From: Octopus sinensis
Taxonomy: Eukaryota
NCBI RefSeq assembly: GCF_006345805.1
Contig: NC_043001.1
Span: 129,518,001 to 129,582,000 of the forward strand
Direction of reading: 5' to 3'
DNA length: 64,000 bases
Position numbers and translations under genes: made by a program. Below, piece after piece: positions 49,087-63,937 of this stretch (its first letter is position 1; each line of letters opens with the position of its first letter). The notes under the pieces were generated by a model. That model was not told where the DNA came from, did not search any database, and saw only the letters and a list, made by a program, of their open reading frames with translations.

Positions 49087-51749
49087 CATACATATATTTA
49101 CATATTTATGTGTTAGTCTTTGTGCCTGTATTTATTCCCCCAATCATCACTACTTGATATCCCCTGTTGGTGTGTTTATGTTCCTGTAACTTAGCAGTTT
49201 GGCAAAGACAGACCAATAGTATGAGTACTTAGTGCTCCAATAGCACGGATGGCAGTCATCGAATTTGAGTTCGATTTCGATTTCACTTGCCTCAACAGGT
49301 CTTCACAAGCAGAGTTTAGTGTCCAATGAAGGAAAGGTACACATAAGTGGACTGGTTACATCCCTGGCATAGGCCACAAGGTTATGGTCTCACTTGTGCT
49401 TGCTGAGTCTTATCAAGCACAGCGTCATCATTTAATGTTCACTTTTCCTAGCATGGATCAGACAGAGTTTGTTGAGGCAAATTTTCTACAGTTAGATGCC
49501 CTTCCTTTCATGAACCATCGCCTGTTTCCAAATAAGATATTTCCCATGGGCAGACACCTTTTCCACAAATGATTAGAGATGAACAATATTGCTTCTTTCA
49601 TGGTGACATTCATTTAGAACCAGGACATGATTCATGATTACACACACACACACACATTATATGCTGGACTTATATAGTTTCTATCTATCAAATCCATTCA
49701 CAAGGCTTTGGTTGGCCCAGGGGTTATAATAGAAAATTTCTTAGCACTTGCACAAGGTGCTATACAGTGGAATTGAAATGGAAACCATAAAGCTGGGAAG
49801 CAAGCTTCTTGACGACACAGCCACAATAATGAGTATTTGTCCAACCCATGCAAACATGGAATAATGGATATGAATGTAGCAATTAAATGAATCAATCTCA
49901 CAAAATGAAAGATGCTTATAATTTTTGTAAGGAATATAAATAATATGAAGAGGAAAAGTACCTCAGAAAACAATATTTTGCCCACTAAATACAAACATAG
50001 TAGAATTTCACATATGTTATATAGTGAGTTAAAAAAAAAACTTCATTCAAAAGAAATTGTCCATGCCCTTAGTAGAGAAAAGCTTCTGGAAGAGTAAAAA
50101 GGATTGAAAGGAATTCAGCAGTGTATCAGGAACATGTAAGTGAGATTGTAGTAGACAGTTGACAGTAAAATAATTTCAGTACTATATCATGGTTCTGCAG
50201 AATTTACATTTTTGACAGTTGAAGCCACAGTATAGATGAGGGGTGGGGGTAAGTGATAATATGGTTAAAAGGGCACAGTTGTTAGAGCTTTAGAAAATAG
50301 GTGCTATTTTGAGGACCTTACTAAAGTGGGATATGATTGGGGGGAGGGCACACCTAGGTCACAAAGTTACTAGTAGGCAATATACTATAGTTTGTAGCAT
50401 AATATGAATAAGCTATCTGTGTAAAGAAACACTATTTGTCATTGACTAATTTTCTCATAATTATTTCAGTAACAAAGGTGTCAACAATGGACGTTTTAGT
50501 CTCATTTTGACTGTGTCAAAGAACAAGCTTTACAGTCACTGTGAAGTAATGGTATGAAAACCACTTAGTAAATGTACAAAATTGTACACTAGCAGATCAA
50601 GAAAATCCCATGTGGTTACAGAATAAATTGCTCAAAGACGCCATCTGCATGAAAAGCAACAGTTAAGTTCAACATAAAGAGCATTGAGATATTAAAAGGT
50701 AAAAAAAAACAACAACAAAATATGTCAGAGTTATCTCTTGTACTTATTGAAATACTTAAAATAATATCAAAGACTAATATTTTTCTCCTTCACTTTGTTA
50801 TTCATGATTCCTGCACTAAGTATGTTAACTCTTGCTACACTGTAGTTTCCATGATTAAGAAGCTTGTGAATGATGACTCATTTATGAGGTGTTTCAGTAT
50901 ATCAGAAGAAAGCGAGATTCAAATCTATTGTACTTCTAATATTTATCAAGTCTTATTACTTTGAATCGGTTGTTTGTCTTTGACTGGACAACAACACTTC
51001 AGTAACTGATTCCAATCCAAGATTCAAACTCAAGATTGGGAGAATGCCAAAGGCTATGTCAAACATCTATCCAGTCAGTTTAGTGCTTCATGGTCGAGTT
51101 ACTCCTTATTTAATCAATCTGCCATTTATTGTGATCAAAGCAATGAAAAGCGAAATTATAGCAATGAAATTTAAGCTATCAAATTCTATGTAAGCTTTTA
51201 ACTAGTTACCAGTAAATATTAATTCTGGTGATCTTTCAACACAGAAAACTGAACTGCTTACAGATTTCCTCTTCAGATTTTCTTATATCTTGCACATTCT
51301 TTTATTCGTTGGATTGTCAGATAAATTTGTTCATTGCCTTCCAGCGTTATTTGAATTAACACACAAAATATTTTTATCTTCATACTTTGTTTATTTGTAG
51401 CTTCATCCCAAAACCAAAGGGCCACATGAAAAGCACTGGTGTGAGTGCTGGTACCACGCAAAAAGCACTAGTGATGGTGCCAAGTTAAAAGCATACATAG
51501 AATTTAATAGCTTAAATTTCATTGCTATACTCTGTAAAGTGGTTGGCATTTTTGAAGGGCATCCAACTGTAGAAACCAATCCAAAACAGAATATGGAACC
51601 TGGTGCAGCCCTTGACCATACCAGTTCCTGTCAAACCGTCCAACCCATGCCAGCATGGAAAAACTTTAATTGTTGATGATGTTAATGATGTTCTTCCTCT
51701 ACAACTTTTGTTTATAATTTTGGAAATTTAAATAAATTTTAGCTCTTTT

Positions 51750-52335
51750 TCAGATAAAATGACAAATAGAAAAAAAATTAGCATTTTCAATATTTTTTCT
51801 CTTCATATTCAGTCAAGGTACCAAAGTTGCCAAAGCCTCTCAAGACATTTGCATTGTGTACAGAGAAGATGCTGTTATTGGAAGAAGTGCACAAAAATAG
51901 TTTTTCATCCATTAAGGAGGGGAAACTTTGACTCTACAGACTCTCTGCACTTCAGCTGACTGTTCATTTCAATGAAGATTAACTGAAAGAGCTCACCCAC
52001 AAGAATCCATGCCAATCCAATAGGGAATTAGCTAGGCAAATGGGTTGCTCTCATGATACCTATTTCTTTATTACCTACAAGGGGCTAAACACAGAGGGGA
52101 CAAACAAGGACAGACATAGGTATTAAGTCGATTACATCGACCCCAGTGTGTAACTGGTACTTAATTTATTGACCCCGAAAGGATGAAAGGCAAAGTCGAC
52201 CTCGGCAGAATTTGAACTCACAACGTAACGCAGACGAAATACCGCTAAGCATTTCGCCCGGCGTGCTAACGTTTCTGCCAGCTCGCCGATACCATCACCC
52301 CTTACCTTGATAGGTAAGGTACAAAATAAATGGTA
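51750..52335 (+). pseudogene. Mariner N-terminal remnant interrupted by a SINE
   Basis: GTKVAKASQDICIVY..EGNFD..NPCQSNRELARQMGCSHDT frames, broken at 52060. Confidence 0.65.
52061..52287 (-). mobile_element. SINE family B, near-consensus, 6-bp TSD
   Basis: TSD gatacc at 52055-52060 and 52288-52293. Confidence 0.9.
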
Positions 52336-52576
52336 AAAAATGAATTTGACAACCCAATAAAAATTTTCATTCTGGTTTCAATCTTTGAACTGTAACAATC
52401 CTGGGGTACTACATTCAAGGACTTCAGTTCATTATATTCACACTACTATATTGACTGGTTCTCACTTTAATGACTTTGTAAGGGTGAATATCTAACCTAC
52501 AGCTTTATAAAAGGATAAACCTCAGACTACCAGATAACATTTGATTGGTGTATTGATTTTTGTTTGGACACACACA

Positions 52577-52619
<43 letters not shown>

Positions 52620-53129
52620 AGTGTGGTGTGTCGACAGGTGTTTAATTTCAAAACCAAGATCAATGTATCAAGCACATATCTAGTTAGTAATCTAAATTCT
52701 GTCTAGTAGATCTCTCTCTCTCTCTTTCCCTCTCGCTATCTGTTTATCTACATGCATATGTGTATACATAACGTAGGTATTGCATAGGTATCGCCTATAT
52801 ATGGCCATACAGTTTCTGTATACCAGTTTTATTCACAAGGCATTGGTTGAACTGAGGCTACAGTAAAAACACTTGCTCAAGGTGTCATGCAGTAAGACAA
52901 AAACTCAAAACTATGTGGTTACAAAGTAAATGCAGTATCTATGCAACCATGCATGACATATATATATATATACACATACATACATAAATATAATATATAT
53001 ATATATATTATATATATATATATATATAATTATATATACATACATTTATATATATACATACATATATATATATACATACATACATATACATACATACATA
53101 CATATATATATACATATATATATATATAC

Positions 53130-53163
<34 letters not shown>

Positions 53164-53207
53164 TATATATATTTATTTGCATATCTATCTATCTATCTAT
53201 CTATCTA

Positions 53208-53385
53208 TCATCATCGTTTAGCATCCGCTTTCCATGCTAGCATGGGTTGGACGGTTCAACGGGGGTCTGGGAAACCAGAAGGCTGCACCAAGCCCAGTCT
53301 GATCTGACAATGTTTCTACGGCTGGATGCCCTTCCTAATGCCAACCAGTCCGTGAGTGTAGTGGGTGCTTTTTATGTGCCACCAT
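53208..53385 (-). mobile_element. SINE family D
   Basis: (CAT)n tail and GGATGCCCTTCCTAATGCCAACC. Confidence 0.8.
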
Positions 53386-53439
53386 TATGTTTTGTTTAAA
53401 ATTTTAAATACTTTTTCAAATGGGAATAATATACATATA

Positions 53440-53593
53440 ATCTTTTAATTGTTTCAGTCATTTGACAGTGGCTATGCTGGGGTACCACCTTAAAGGGTTT
53501 TAGTCAAACAGACTCTAAGAATTGAAATTTTTAAACCTAGTACTTATTCTATCGGTTTGTTTTACTGAACTGCTAAGTAAAAGGGACATAAAT

Positions 53594-53629
<36 letters not shown>

Positions 53630-53830
53630 GTGTGTGTGCGTGTGTGTGTGTGTGCTGTGTTTGTCCCACACCACCGCTTGACAACAGGCTTCTTTCAGTT
53701 TCCATCTATCAAATTCACTCATAAGGCTTTGGTTGGCTTGAGGCTATAGTAGAAGACAATTTCTCAAGGTGCCACACAGTGGGACTGAACCCAGAACCAT
53801 GTGGTTGCGAAACAGACTTCTTACCACAAA
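53440..53830 (-). mobile_element. SINE family A, diverged
   Basis: Tail, (TG)n, CORE and head recognisable. Confidence 0.75.
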
Positions 53831-54672
53831 GCACACCCACTGTATACTGCTAAGATTCACTCCCACACACACTGACACACACTGTATATTGCTGAGATTC
53901 ACTCAAAAATTATTCCCATTTAAAAAAAGTATTTAAAATTTTAAACAAAACACAATGATGAAAAACAATGACGTGTATTTTCTTGTTTAAAGAGCCATGC
54001 CAGGACATATATAGAAAATAATGCTCAATCTGTAAGTTAAGATCTAATATTAGATCAGGCTGAATGCAATACAAATAATTAATACGTATTCCTAAGACGA
54101 TGGATGGATGGTTGTACATAAATGTTAGTAAGAATGCAGTTATTAGTGTCCGTTTTTTAATGACTGGGTAGAGAGTTTTGAAAAGTTTAATGCTTTGAAA
54201 ATTATGTTCCCAAAAGATAATTTTCTATGAAATTTCTATTTAATTTACTTCATTGTTTTTCTCAACAAATTCTATCAATTGCAATGATATTAAATCTACG
54301 ACAAGGCTGAAGTGGAAGATGAAGATAACGATAATGATCTTCCTCATCTCTAAGATGTTTATTGTTCATTTTTGGTTATTTTATGATGAATAAGGGTGGT
54401 TATTTATTTCAGTTTGTTGTTGTTGTTGTTGTTGTTGGAGTTTGCTACTTATGTAGGGTTTGGCTAAAATGTTTACTCTTCTTTTTGAAAAGTTTTGAAA
54501 AGTGAATTAAGAAAAAAAAAAAATAAACATTATTATTTATTATTTTAATTTTTTTTTTCCTGAGTTCAGTAATTACATGACAAACTTTAAACAAGCAACT
54601 ATTTCCCTGTGAAGTAGACTGAAACATATTGAGAAAAGAGTTAAAAATAGATTTTTACTCAAAGAATACAAA

Positions 54673-54712
<40 letters not shown>

Positions 54713-55249
54713 GCACACACACACACACACACACATATATACACACATATACACTATGCGAGAGAGAATGGGGAGTGAAAAGACTGGTCTTGCAAGCTTC
54801 ATTACAGCATTAAATAATCTTGGTCTTCTAATGGTTGTATGGAAGAAAGAAGTGAATAAGCAAGAAGATGAAGAAGAATGAAATTGAACTATATATTATA
54901 CTGATGACTGCATAGTTAAGAAGTTTATTTCTCAACCATGAACTTTTTGGATTGATCTTATTGCATGGTGCCTAATAAACATTTCCTGCTATAGCCTCAG
55001 CTTCAGCAATATTTCATAAGAAGGTCTTGGTGAAGATTAGAAGAAAGTTGTGTAGGGGACTGTCACATGCATATAAGTGTTTATGTGAGTATGTATTCTT
55101 GTGTCTAATTCTCTGTATGTATCATTTCTCATTATAGCAGTGTCCTAGCATGGCATTAATCTCATGAATGAAATATTCAGAGTTCACATCTCATGTGAAG
55201 TGTTTTCTTATTTCATTTTTGGTAGCCAGTTATAATAAGTGCATGTTAT

Positions 55250-55492
55250 ATGCGATGGCATATTTTCGTCATATTATGCGGAGAAAATCCCTGGAGAAGG
55301 ACATCATGCTCGGAATGGTCAGTGGCAAGAGAGGAAGAGGCTGACCAAGAATCCACTGGCTTGACACCATCAGGAGTGATACCAGAATGGACATGGCCAA
55401 TCTGAAGGAAGTGGCCCAGGATAGAACTGACTGGAGGACACTGATCCAACGAGTGACAGAGAGTCGACTTCGACTGAGTGGATAGAGATATA
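55250..55492 (+). pseudogene. BovB-like RTE LINE 3' end
   Basis: HIMRRKSLEKDIMLGMVSGKRGRG*PRIHWLDTIRSDTRMDMANLKEVAQDRTDWRTLIQRVTESRLRLSG* parallels BovB LEKTLMLGKIEGRRRRGRQRMRWLD..DREAWR..SRTRLSD. Confidence 0.85.
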
Positions 55493-56248
55493 ATTTAGAT
55501 CTATCCAACTGATTTTATATTAAACCAACAGGGGAGCCTATGTACAGTCATTTAACTTGATAGAAGTAGTAGCCAAACTGCTCTCACAATACACCCAAAG
55601 AATGAACATCTAAGATGAGTTTTCCTCATAGTGTGTGTGTGTGGGGTGTTGTGAGGATTGAAAGGGGGAAGACAAAATGGAGTATAAAAAAAAAATTAAG
55701 ATGGTTTTAAGCTTTTGGCAAAGGAGAAAGAATTGTATAGAAGCAAATGCTAGTTAATCTTCTCATTGATAAAAATGGATAGTGAGGCAAAAATTTCATT
55801 AAAATCTTGATGGAGAGGCCCTGATATTTGTCACTTTGAGAACCACTATTTTTGACAATCCAGTCCCAGTTATAAAAATGTGATAGTCAGAATGTCTTTG
55901 ATCATAGGTATCTTCAACCAGAACTGATTTGGGTTTAAATAATCCTTGCTAATCTTGGCACAAGTCCAACAATTTTGAGGGGAGGGGAAGTTAACTACAT
56001 TGGCCTCAATGCTCAACTAGTACTTATTTTATTAACTCACAAAGGGATGAAAGGCAAAGTCAATCTCAACAGTAATTGAACTCAGAACATAAAGAGCTCG
56101 AAGAAAAGCTGTTAAGCATTTATTCCAGAATGGTAAAGATTTTGCCAGCTTGCCAACCCTCTGGGTTTAAATAATGACAACAGATAACTAGTCGTACTTT
56201 CATTTCCAAAAGATTTCTTTCACTTGCATAAGAATAAACACACACATA

Positions 56249-56667
56249 CAGGGCCAGGTTAAGACCCATCGAGGCCCTAAGCACTTAAAAGATTTTGGTG
56301 CCCCCATAAAAGATTATGTAATTCAAAATATAAACAATAATAAACCATAAAATAAATTCTTATTTTTCAAAATAAAACAAGACAGTAAGAGGGAAAATAA
56401 TGTCTATTTTTGTATACTTTATTTATATTTGAAAAGTTTCCTCCTACTTTTTTGAATTGCAAAGTCTTTGATCAGATCCTCAAAATTAATACAAGTTAAC
56501 ACATCTGCATCTATACTAAGTAGATATAGAAGCACCCCGAATATTTTAACAAGTTCAAAGTGATTTCTTTTGTGCTGTTAACCATTTACCATTTCTGTGG
56601 TGCCCCCTCCCCTTCCCTTGATGCCCTAAGCATGTGCTTATTTTGCCTAATGGTTAATCCAGCGCTG
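56249..56667. mobile_element. hAT-type MITE
   Basis: TIRs cagggccaggttaa and ttaatccagcgctg; 8-bp flanks cacacata and cagacaca (6/8). Confidence 0.65.
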
Positions 56668-56713
56668 CAGACACACTCGTATATTTATATATAATGAATT
56701 TGTGATGTTGTGT

Positions 56714-57122
56714 ATACTCTCTTTACTCTTTTACTCTTTTACTTGTTTCACTCATTTGACTGTGGCCATGCTGGAGCACCCCCTTTAATCGAGCAACTCG
56801 ACCCCGGGACTTATTCTTTTGTAAGCCCAGTACTTATTCTATCGGTCTCTTTTGTCGAACCGCTAAGTAACAGGGACATAAACACACCAGCATCGGTTGT
56901 CAAGCAATGCTAGGGGGACAAACACACACACACACACATGTATATATATATATATACATATATACGATGGGCTTTTTTCAGTTTCCGTCTACCAAATCCA
57001 CTCACAAGGCTTTGGTCGGCCCGAGGCTATAGTAGAAGACACTTGCTCAAGGTGCCACGCAGTGGGCCTGAACCCGGAACCATGTGGCTGGTAAACAAGC
57101 TACTTAGCACACAGCCACTCCT
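56714..57122 (-). mobile_element. SINE family A, near-consensus
   Basis: Full-length match. Confidence 0.9.
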
Positions 57123-59223
57123 GCGCCTGTTGAAAATAAACACAATAACAGGAGAATGCAAAATGTAACAGCCATTATATATACATAATAAAAATGATAA
57201 ATGAAAATAAGAGATAAAAGGAATATCAAGGTAGACTATGAGTAAATTTCAAGTTCACAAACTGTTATATCAGAGAAAAAAGATTTAAAAAACAAAAACA
57301 AAAAAAAACAGAGATTTGTTTGAGAAGATTCATTTAGGTTTCCCTCGAGTGATTTCTACATTCACTAACTAACACTGACAGCAAATATTGACTTGAAATT
57401 TTAAATGCAGTGATACAACTGGGGGCTGATTATTTATGTTCCGTTTTCTAAATAGTTGTTTGAGTATTAAAGTATCAGAGACAGTTTTTTTTTTTTTTCT
57501 GTCAACAAGTAAGTAGAGGGAGTAGGAGGCCAGTAGGGAAATTATAAATGTAAATCAACTTAGGAAGGAATCAAACTTATAACAAATGTAGCAAACTTGC
57601 TTACTCTTTACATATTGTGATTGTCTCTAAATAGTTTTGTCGTGTTTGCGTCTCCTGTAAACAATGCATCATACAGTACTTTTATCTTGTATCTTTAGCT
57701 TGTTTCAGTCATTGGACTACAGCCATGCTGGGGCACCATCTCCTGAAGGCTTTAGACAAACAAATCAACTGCAGCACTTAATTTTCTAAGTGTGATACTT
57801 AGTCTACTAGTTTCTCTTACCAGACGACTAAGTTACATGGACGTAAACAAACCAACAATGGTTATCAAGCAACAATGGAGGAACAAACACAGGCAATGCC
57901 AACCAACACCCCCTCCCATCCTATACCCCTACACACATATATACATGGCTGGTTTCCATACAGTTGCCATTTAACAAATTTGATCACAAGACATTGGTTG
58001 GCACAACAGAAGACACTTGCCCTGGGTACCACACAGTGGAACTGAACCTGAAATCACAAGGTTGCTCAAGCTGGCTTCTTAACTACACAGCTAGCCCATG
58101 CTACACTTTTGGCTTGCGATCAAAGACAATTCAGTTATGACTATATAAACCTTGAAGCTAATACTCCAGTATGACCACAATCCAATCACTAAAAACAATA
58201 GAAGAATGAAATCAATAACAAAAAAGTGCCAGAGAATATACAGTTTATCCCTATAAGTAGTCTACAGAAGAAGAATAAAACGATAAATCTTTACCTATCA
58301 GGTTTGAACAGAACCTGTTAATTGCAGATCAATGAATTCGGTAACGAAAATATTAAAAAGAAATAAAAAAAAAGTTTTTTAAAGGAAATAAATAGTTTTG
58401 AGATTATAGTTTTTGCTTATCAAAGTTCATTCTCTGTTTTAAACTATTTAATTATATGTCTCGAAATTAAGAAATTAAAAAATAAAACAAAACTACAATT
58501 AAAACCTACTCTAAAACACAAAAATTTCACTCAGAATTTATCAATTACCTTGATAAATAATAATTTTCGTTTGTGGCTTGCTTTTCAATGTAATTGTTTG
58601 ATTTCATTAACATCTTCATCACCATCATCATCATCATAACTATTATCATCATAACATTATCATATTATTATTATTACTGTTATTTTTACCATCATCATCA
58701 ACATCATCATCATTAGCAGTTTCACATCACCTTCATCACCTCTACTCTACCCCAAACCACCTCCCACCTCATCACTAATCTTTCAACTTTAAGGGTTCAT
58801 GCCTAATTATATAAAATCATTATCATTATTAAAAATCATCACAGCACCCTTTTCCGTTGTTTTTGTTCCATTCTTCTTTTGTCTTACCATAGATTTATTT
58901 CCAAGTTTATTTATTTACATGCACGTTTCTTTCTTTATTTCTTTCCACACACACACACACACACACACAAACACATAATGGAGTAAGTTGTTGGAGATAA
59001 AAATATATAATTCCTAAACTGTATTCTCACCAACACCCATAACATTCCCACCAACCCTCTTACATATACACAGACATACATGTTCCCCTCCTTTTTAATT
59101 AGGCACCCAAAACTTTTCAGCTCATTGCCAAAATGAACAGAAAACTATATCAGCTGTGGAAAAAAAAAATAATTTCAATATTTTTTCACCAATAAGCTCT
59201 AATGATCACCATCATTTTTATTA

Positions 59224-59288
<65 letters not shown>

Positions 59289-60206
59289 GCTGCTGTTGTT
59301 CATGATGGTTTTGCTTTTGCTTTTTGGGGTTAAATATATTCAACTCTAAAAGAACACTGGTAACAAACAAAGGTAAAAAAAAACAAAAAAAAAACCAAAA
59401 CACAATACACACAAAAACACAGAAAGTCCAGCTAATAAATAAGGCTAAAGAAAATAAAAACAAAAAAAAAAAACATGAAGGGAACAGCAGAACCATAGCA
59501 ACATCAGTAACATCAATAACATTCAAAGTTACCAAAAAAAAATTTTAAAAAGTAAAAAAAAAAACTTGCTTTTGTGAGTAAAATAACATAATAATGATAA
59601 TAATGATAATAATAATGATAATAATAATAATAATGATTTCATATACTTTTCTCTGAGAAAATCTGAGAACTTTGGATACAATAAAAACAGAGACAAAAAC
59701 AATTAATACATAAATAAAAAGATAAATATATTAATAAATAAATAGGCAACAGTAACTACTTATAGATTTTTATCTACTGGCAGATATTCTTATCTAAATA
59801 AGCCCATATCATCACATAGAATTTAAGCCTTTTGCCAATAAATATTTTTTCACTCGTATTTCTCTTAATTGTTCCTATCAAAATATTATTGATTTCAATA
59901 TTTTGCAACAAAAATAAAAGATATATGAAACACAATTAGGTGGTGGAGGTGCATAGGGGGGGGGGGAAACTCGATATATAATAAGAGGAAAATGAGTATA
60001 TAAATATAAGCCATGGATAAAAAAAAAGAGAATGTATATATACACATAAGCACATGCACACACACACACATATATATATATACACACACACAAACATATT
60101 TATATATACTTGTATATATAAATATACATGCACACATATATTTAAATATACTCAAACTTACGTATATACAATCATGTGTGCAAGTGTATGCATATAAAAA
60201 ACACAC

Positions 60207-60239
<33 letters not shown>

Positions 60240-60243
<4 letters not shown>

Positions 60244-60248
60244 CACAC

Positions 60249-60280
<32 letters not shown>

Positions 60281-60393
60281 CTACCTATATATATATATAT
60301 ATATATACACATACGCATATACATCCACATACACACATATATATGAATATTTATATATATATATATATATAGATATATAAGTGCACATGTGAG

Positions 60394-60427
<34 letters not shown>

Positions 60428-60650
60428 TATATAAGTGTACATGTGAGTATATATATATATATATATTATATATATATATACACATACGCATATACATCCA
60501 CATACACACATATATATATATATATTATATATATATATATACATACACACCTATATATATATATATACACACACCTATATATATATATATAGATATATAA
60601 GTGCACATGTGAGTATATATATATATATACATACACACAAATATATAAAT
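60240..60650. repeat. TA-based higher-order minisatellite
   Basis: agatatataagtg(c/t)acatgtgagtatata block three times (about 60371, 60426, 60591). Confidence 0.85.
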
Positions 60651-61262
60651 ATAAAAGAAATAAACAAAAATGAGTCGGGGGTTATGGCTTACTATTATAA
60701 ATCAGATTGATTAAACCATTTAGTGCTACTCTCCCTCCCCCACAAAACACAGAGATGTAATTTACATATGCACATAGATAGATCCATAAGCAGCTGACAT
60801 ATGCGTTCGCTTGCTTGTGTGTGTATGCATGAACACATGCATATCCAGACAGAAAGACACACACACACTCGCATATTTATATAAGTATGTATTTGAAATT
60901 CTATATGTACATATATGAACACACACAAGCGATTTTAATTTGAGTGTATGTGTATATATATGCACATACATACATAAATATTTATTTATTTTTCAATGTA
61001 TGTTAGCTTACTTGAATGTACCATAATATATAAAAGAGAAAGAAAAAAAAATGTAAAATAGAGTAAAATCAATTTTTCTCAAACAATGTAGTGAGTGATA
61101 AAATAGGGAAATAAAGGAAGTAAAAATAGAATAGAAGATGTATATCTTAAAGAAGGATTAAAAGCAGAGATAAAAAAAAACTTATACATAAAACTTATAC
61201 AGTTACACAACAAAGCACACATACACAGCTATGTACACTGACAAGCGCATGTGTGTGTATTT

Positions 61263-61297
<35 letters not shown>

Positions 61298-61484
61298 GAT
61301 TTATATTTATATACATGAGCATGCATACCATATATATATTATATATATATATATAATATATATATATGCAACCATATATATATATATATACATATGTATA
61401 TGGATAGATAGCTATACATATATTTATATACATACACTGATATATATATTTACACACATGTATGCATATATATATATATGTGTG

Positions 61485-61525
<41 letters not shown>

Positions 61526-62429
61526 ATAGATAGCTATACATATATTTATATACATACAATGATATATATATTTACACACATGTATGTATGCATATATATA
61601 TGTGTGTGTCTATATATATATATATAGATCAATAAATATGCACACATATTTATGTGTGTGTCGATGTAAGTATTTATAAATGTGTGAGTAAAAATAAGTA
61701 AAATAAAAGTGTTGCATTCAAATCCATTTTCTGGCTGAGTAAAGAGGATTTAACAAGAGTAGGGCAGGATAGGGTGTTGTAGGGGTTCAATATGGGAGTG
61801 ATAAAGTCTCAAACAAGTGTAAAGAAAAATAGAGTGGTGGAGGAGCATGAACCTGAAATGAGAAGTGATGGGTGTAGGAAAGGGGATAACGGAAAGGGCT
61901 AATAGGGAGTTAAACAATAAAGAGGATAGGAAAAAATACTTATAATAAGTATGATAAAGTAAGCATAATATAATAGAAGAGAAAAGAAAAAAAATTTAAG
62001 GGAGTTAAAGATGGTGTGTGGGTCGTGGGGAGGCAGGAAAGAGTAAGTGTGTGAAAGAAGGAACATGATTTAAGGAGGGAAAATAAATAAGGAAAAGGGA
62101 TTGAAAGAGAGAAAGAAATAGAGAGGGAAATGAAAATAAAATGAGTGTGACAAACAAAGAAGAGTACAGAAATGTAATGAAGAGATGAAGGGGTGGAAGA
62201 AAGAATAAAAAAAAGGGAAGAGGAAGAGGAAAAGTTGAGGATAAGAGAAAGAATTAAAGGAAGGAAAAATAAAAAGAAATAGGAGGAAATAAAAGGAACC
62301 AACAGAGTGAAAAACCAAATGAAGCAACAAGATATGAACAAAACAAAATGAGAAAAGGGGAAACAGATTTAAAATAAGTAAAACAGAATGAGATAATATA
62401 GGAGAAATAAGTAAATAAATAAATAAATA

Positions 62430-62885
62430 ATCCTTTCTATTATAGGCACAAGGCCTCAAATTTTGGGAAAGGGGATTAGTTGATTATATTGACCCCAGTG
62501 CTCAACTGGTACTTAATTTATTGACCCTGGAAGGATGAAAGGCAAAGCTGATCTTGGTGAGATTTGAACTCAGAACATCAAGGTGAATGAAATACTGCAA
62601 ACCATTTTGCCAGGCATACTAATGATCCTTCCAGCCCGCTGCCTAATAATAATAATGATTTCAAATTTTTTCCCCAAGGGCAGCTTGGGGGAGGCGATTA
62701 AGTTGATTACATCGACCCCAGTGCGTAACTGGTACTTATTTAATCAACCCAAAAGATGAAAGGTAAAGTTGACTTCGGTGGAATAATAATGATAATGATA
62801 ATAAAAGTTTCTGAATTAGGCACAAAGCCAGCAATTTTGAGGAGAAGGGGTTTAGCCAATTACATCAATCAGTCAATTGGTACTT
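62430..62885 (-). mobile_element. Cluster of older SINE family B-like fragments
   Basis: Repeated GACCCCAGTG..ACTGGTACTT..GGATGAAAGG segments; similar old copies at about 8880-9085, 10090-10310, 12500-12700, 17060-17280, 17670-17870 and 55940-56150. Confidence 0.65.
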
Positions 62886-63512
62886 TATTCTAATGAAGAA
62901 AGAGAAGAAGAAGTAAAAGAAGATAATGATGATGGAGATGATGATGAAAGAGGAGGTGGAGAAAAGAGAGAGGAAGAGGGATATAGATAGGAAGAGCAGA
63001 AGGAGAAAGATGGGGAAAATATTTGGGTGTATTGACAATAAATAATTATCAAAGGTGAGAGAGAGAGAAAGAGAAGAGTTAACAACAAGAAATAAAAGAA
63101 GTACATATTACATATAGGTACAAGAAACAATAGCATAACAGCATAACAACAAGATAAAGAAAACCAAAGTAAAAGAATGTAAGAGAAAAAAGAAATTGAA
63201 AAAAAAAAAGGAAAGAAAAATAGAAAGAAACAATGGAAAACAATTTTCTCCAAGAATTCTTAAAATGTATTACAATCAGTTCTGAAGATTTCACACCAAA
63301 TCAACGAGATAAAATGCCATGATAAGATATGTTTCTTTTCTTTTATCCTTCTCCCTACGTTTCTCCCTATATATACAACCTTTACAATACTTTTTAATAT
63401 AGACACTATAATCTTTATGAGGTTCTCTTTGGTTCTGATGTTCTCCTCTGTATGCATCTGTGTTTGTATGTGCACATGCTTGTGTAAGTGTGTGTGTGTG
63501 TGTATATATATA

Positions 63513-63559
<47 letters not shown>

Positions 63560-63884
63560 CATACATATGTGTGTGTGTCTGTGCAGATGCAAGAATATGT
63601 AATTGTGTTTATGCATATGGTGGTTGATCATGTCTTAGAAGATATTTCAACAAAACAAAAACAAAAACAAAAGAAAAGAAAAGAAAAAAAAAGAGAAATT
63701 TCACAAGTAAAATTTCAAAGGCAAAGAATCCAACAAAACAAAGTAGATGTGCTAAAGATAATATCTATTCAATTGAAAACAAATAAAGAAGAAAACAAAA
63801 TCATCCATGTGTCAAGTGGCTGACATAAAGATAGATGTGAATATATGTATAAACTGAATAGTAATCAAGCAATGGAAGGCATGT

Positions 63885-63937
<53 letters not shown>

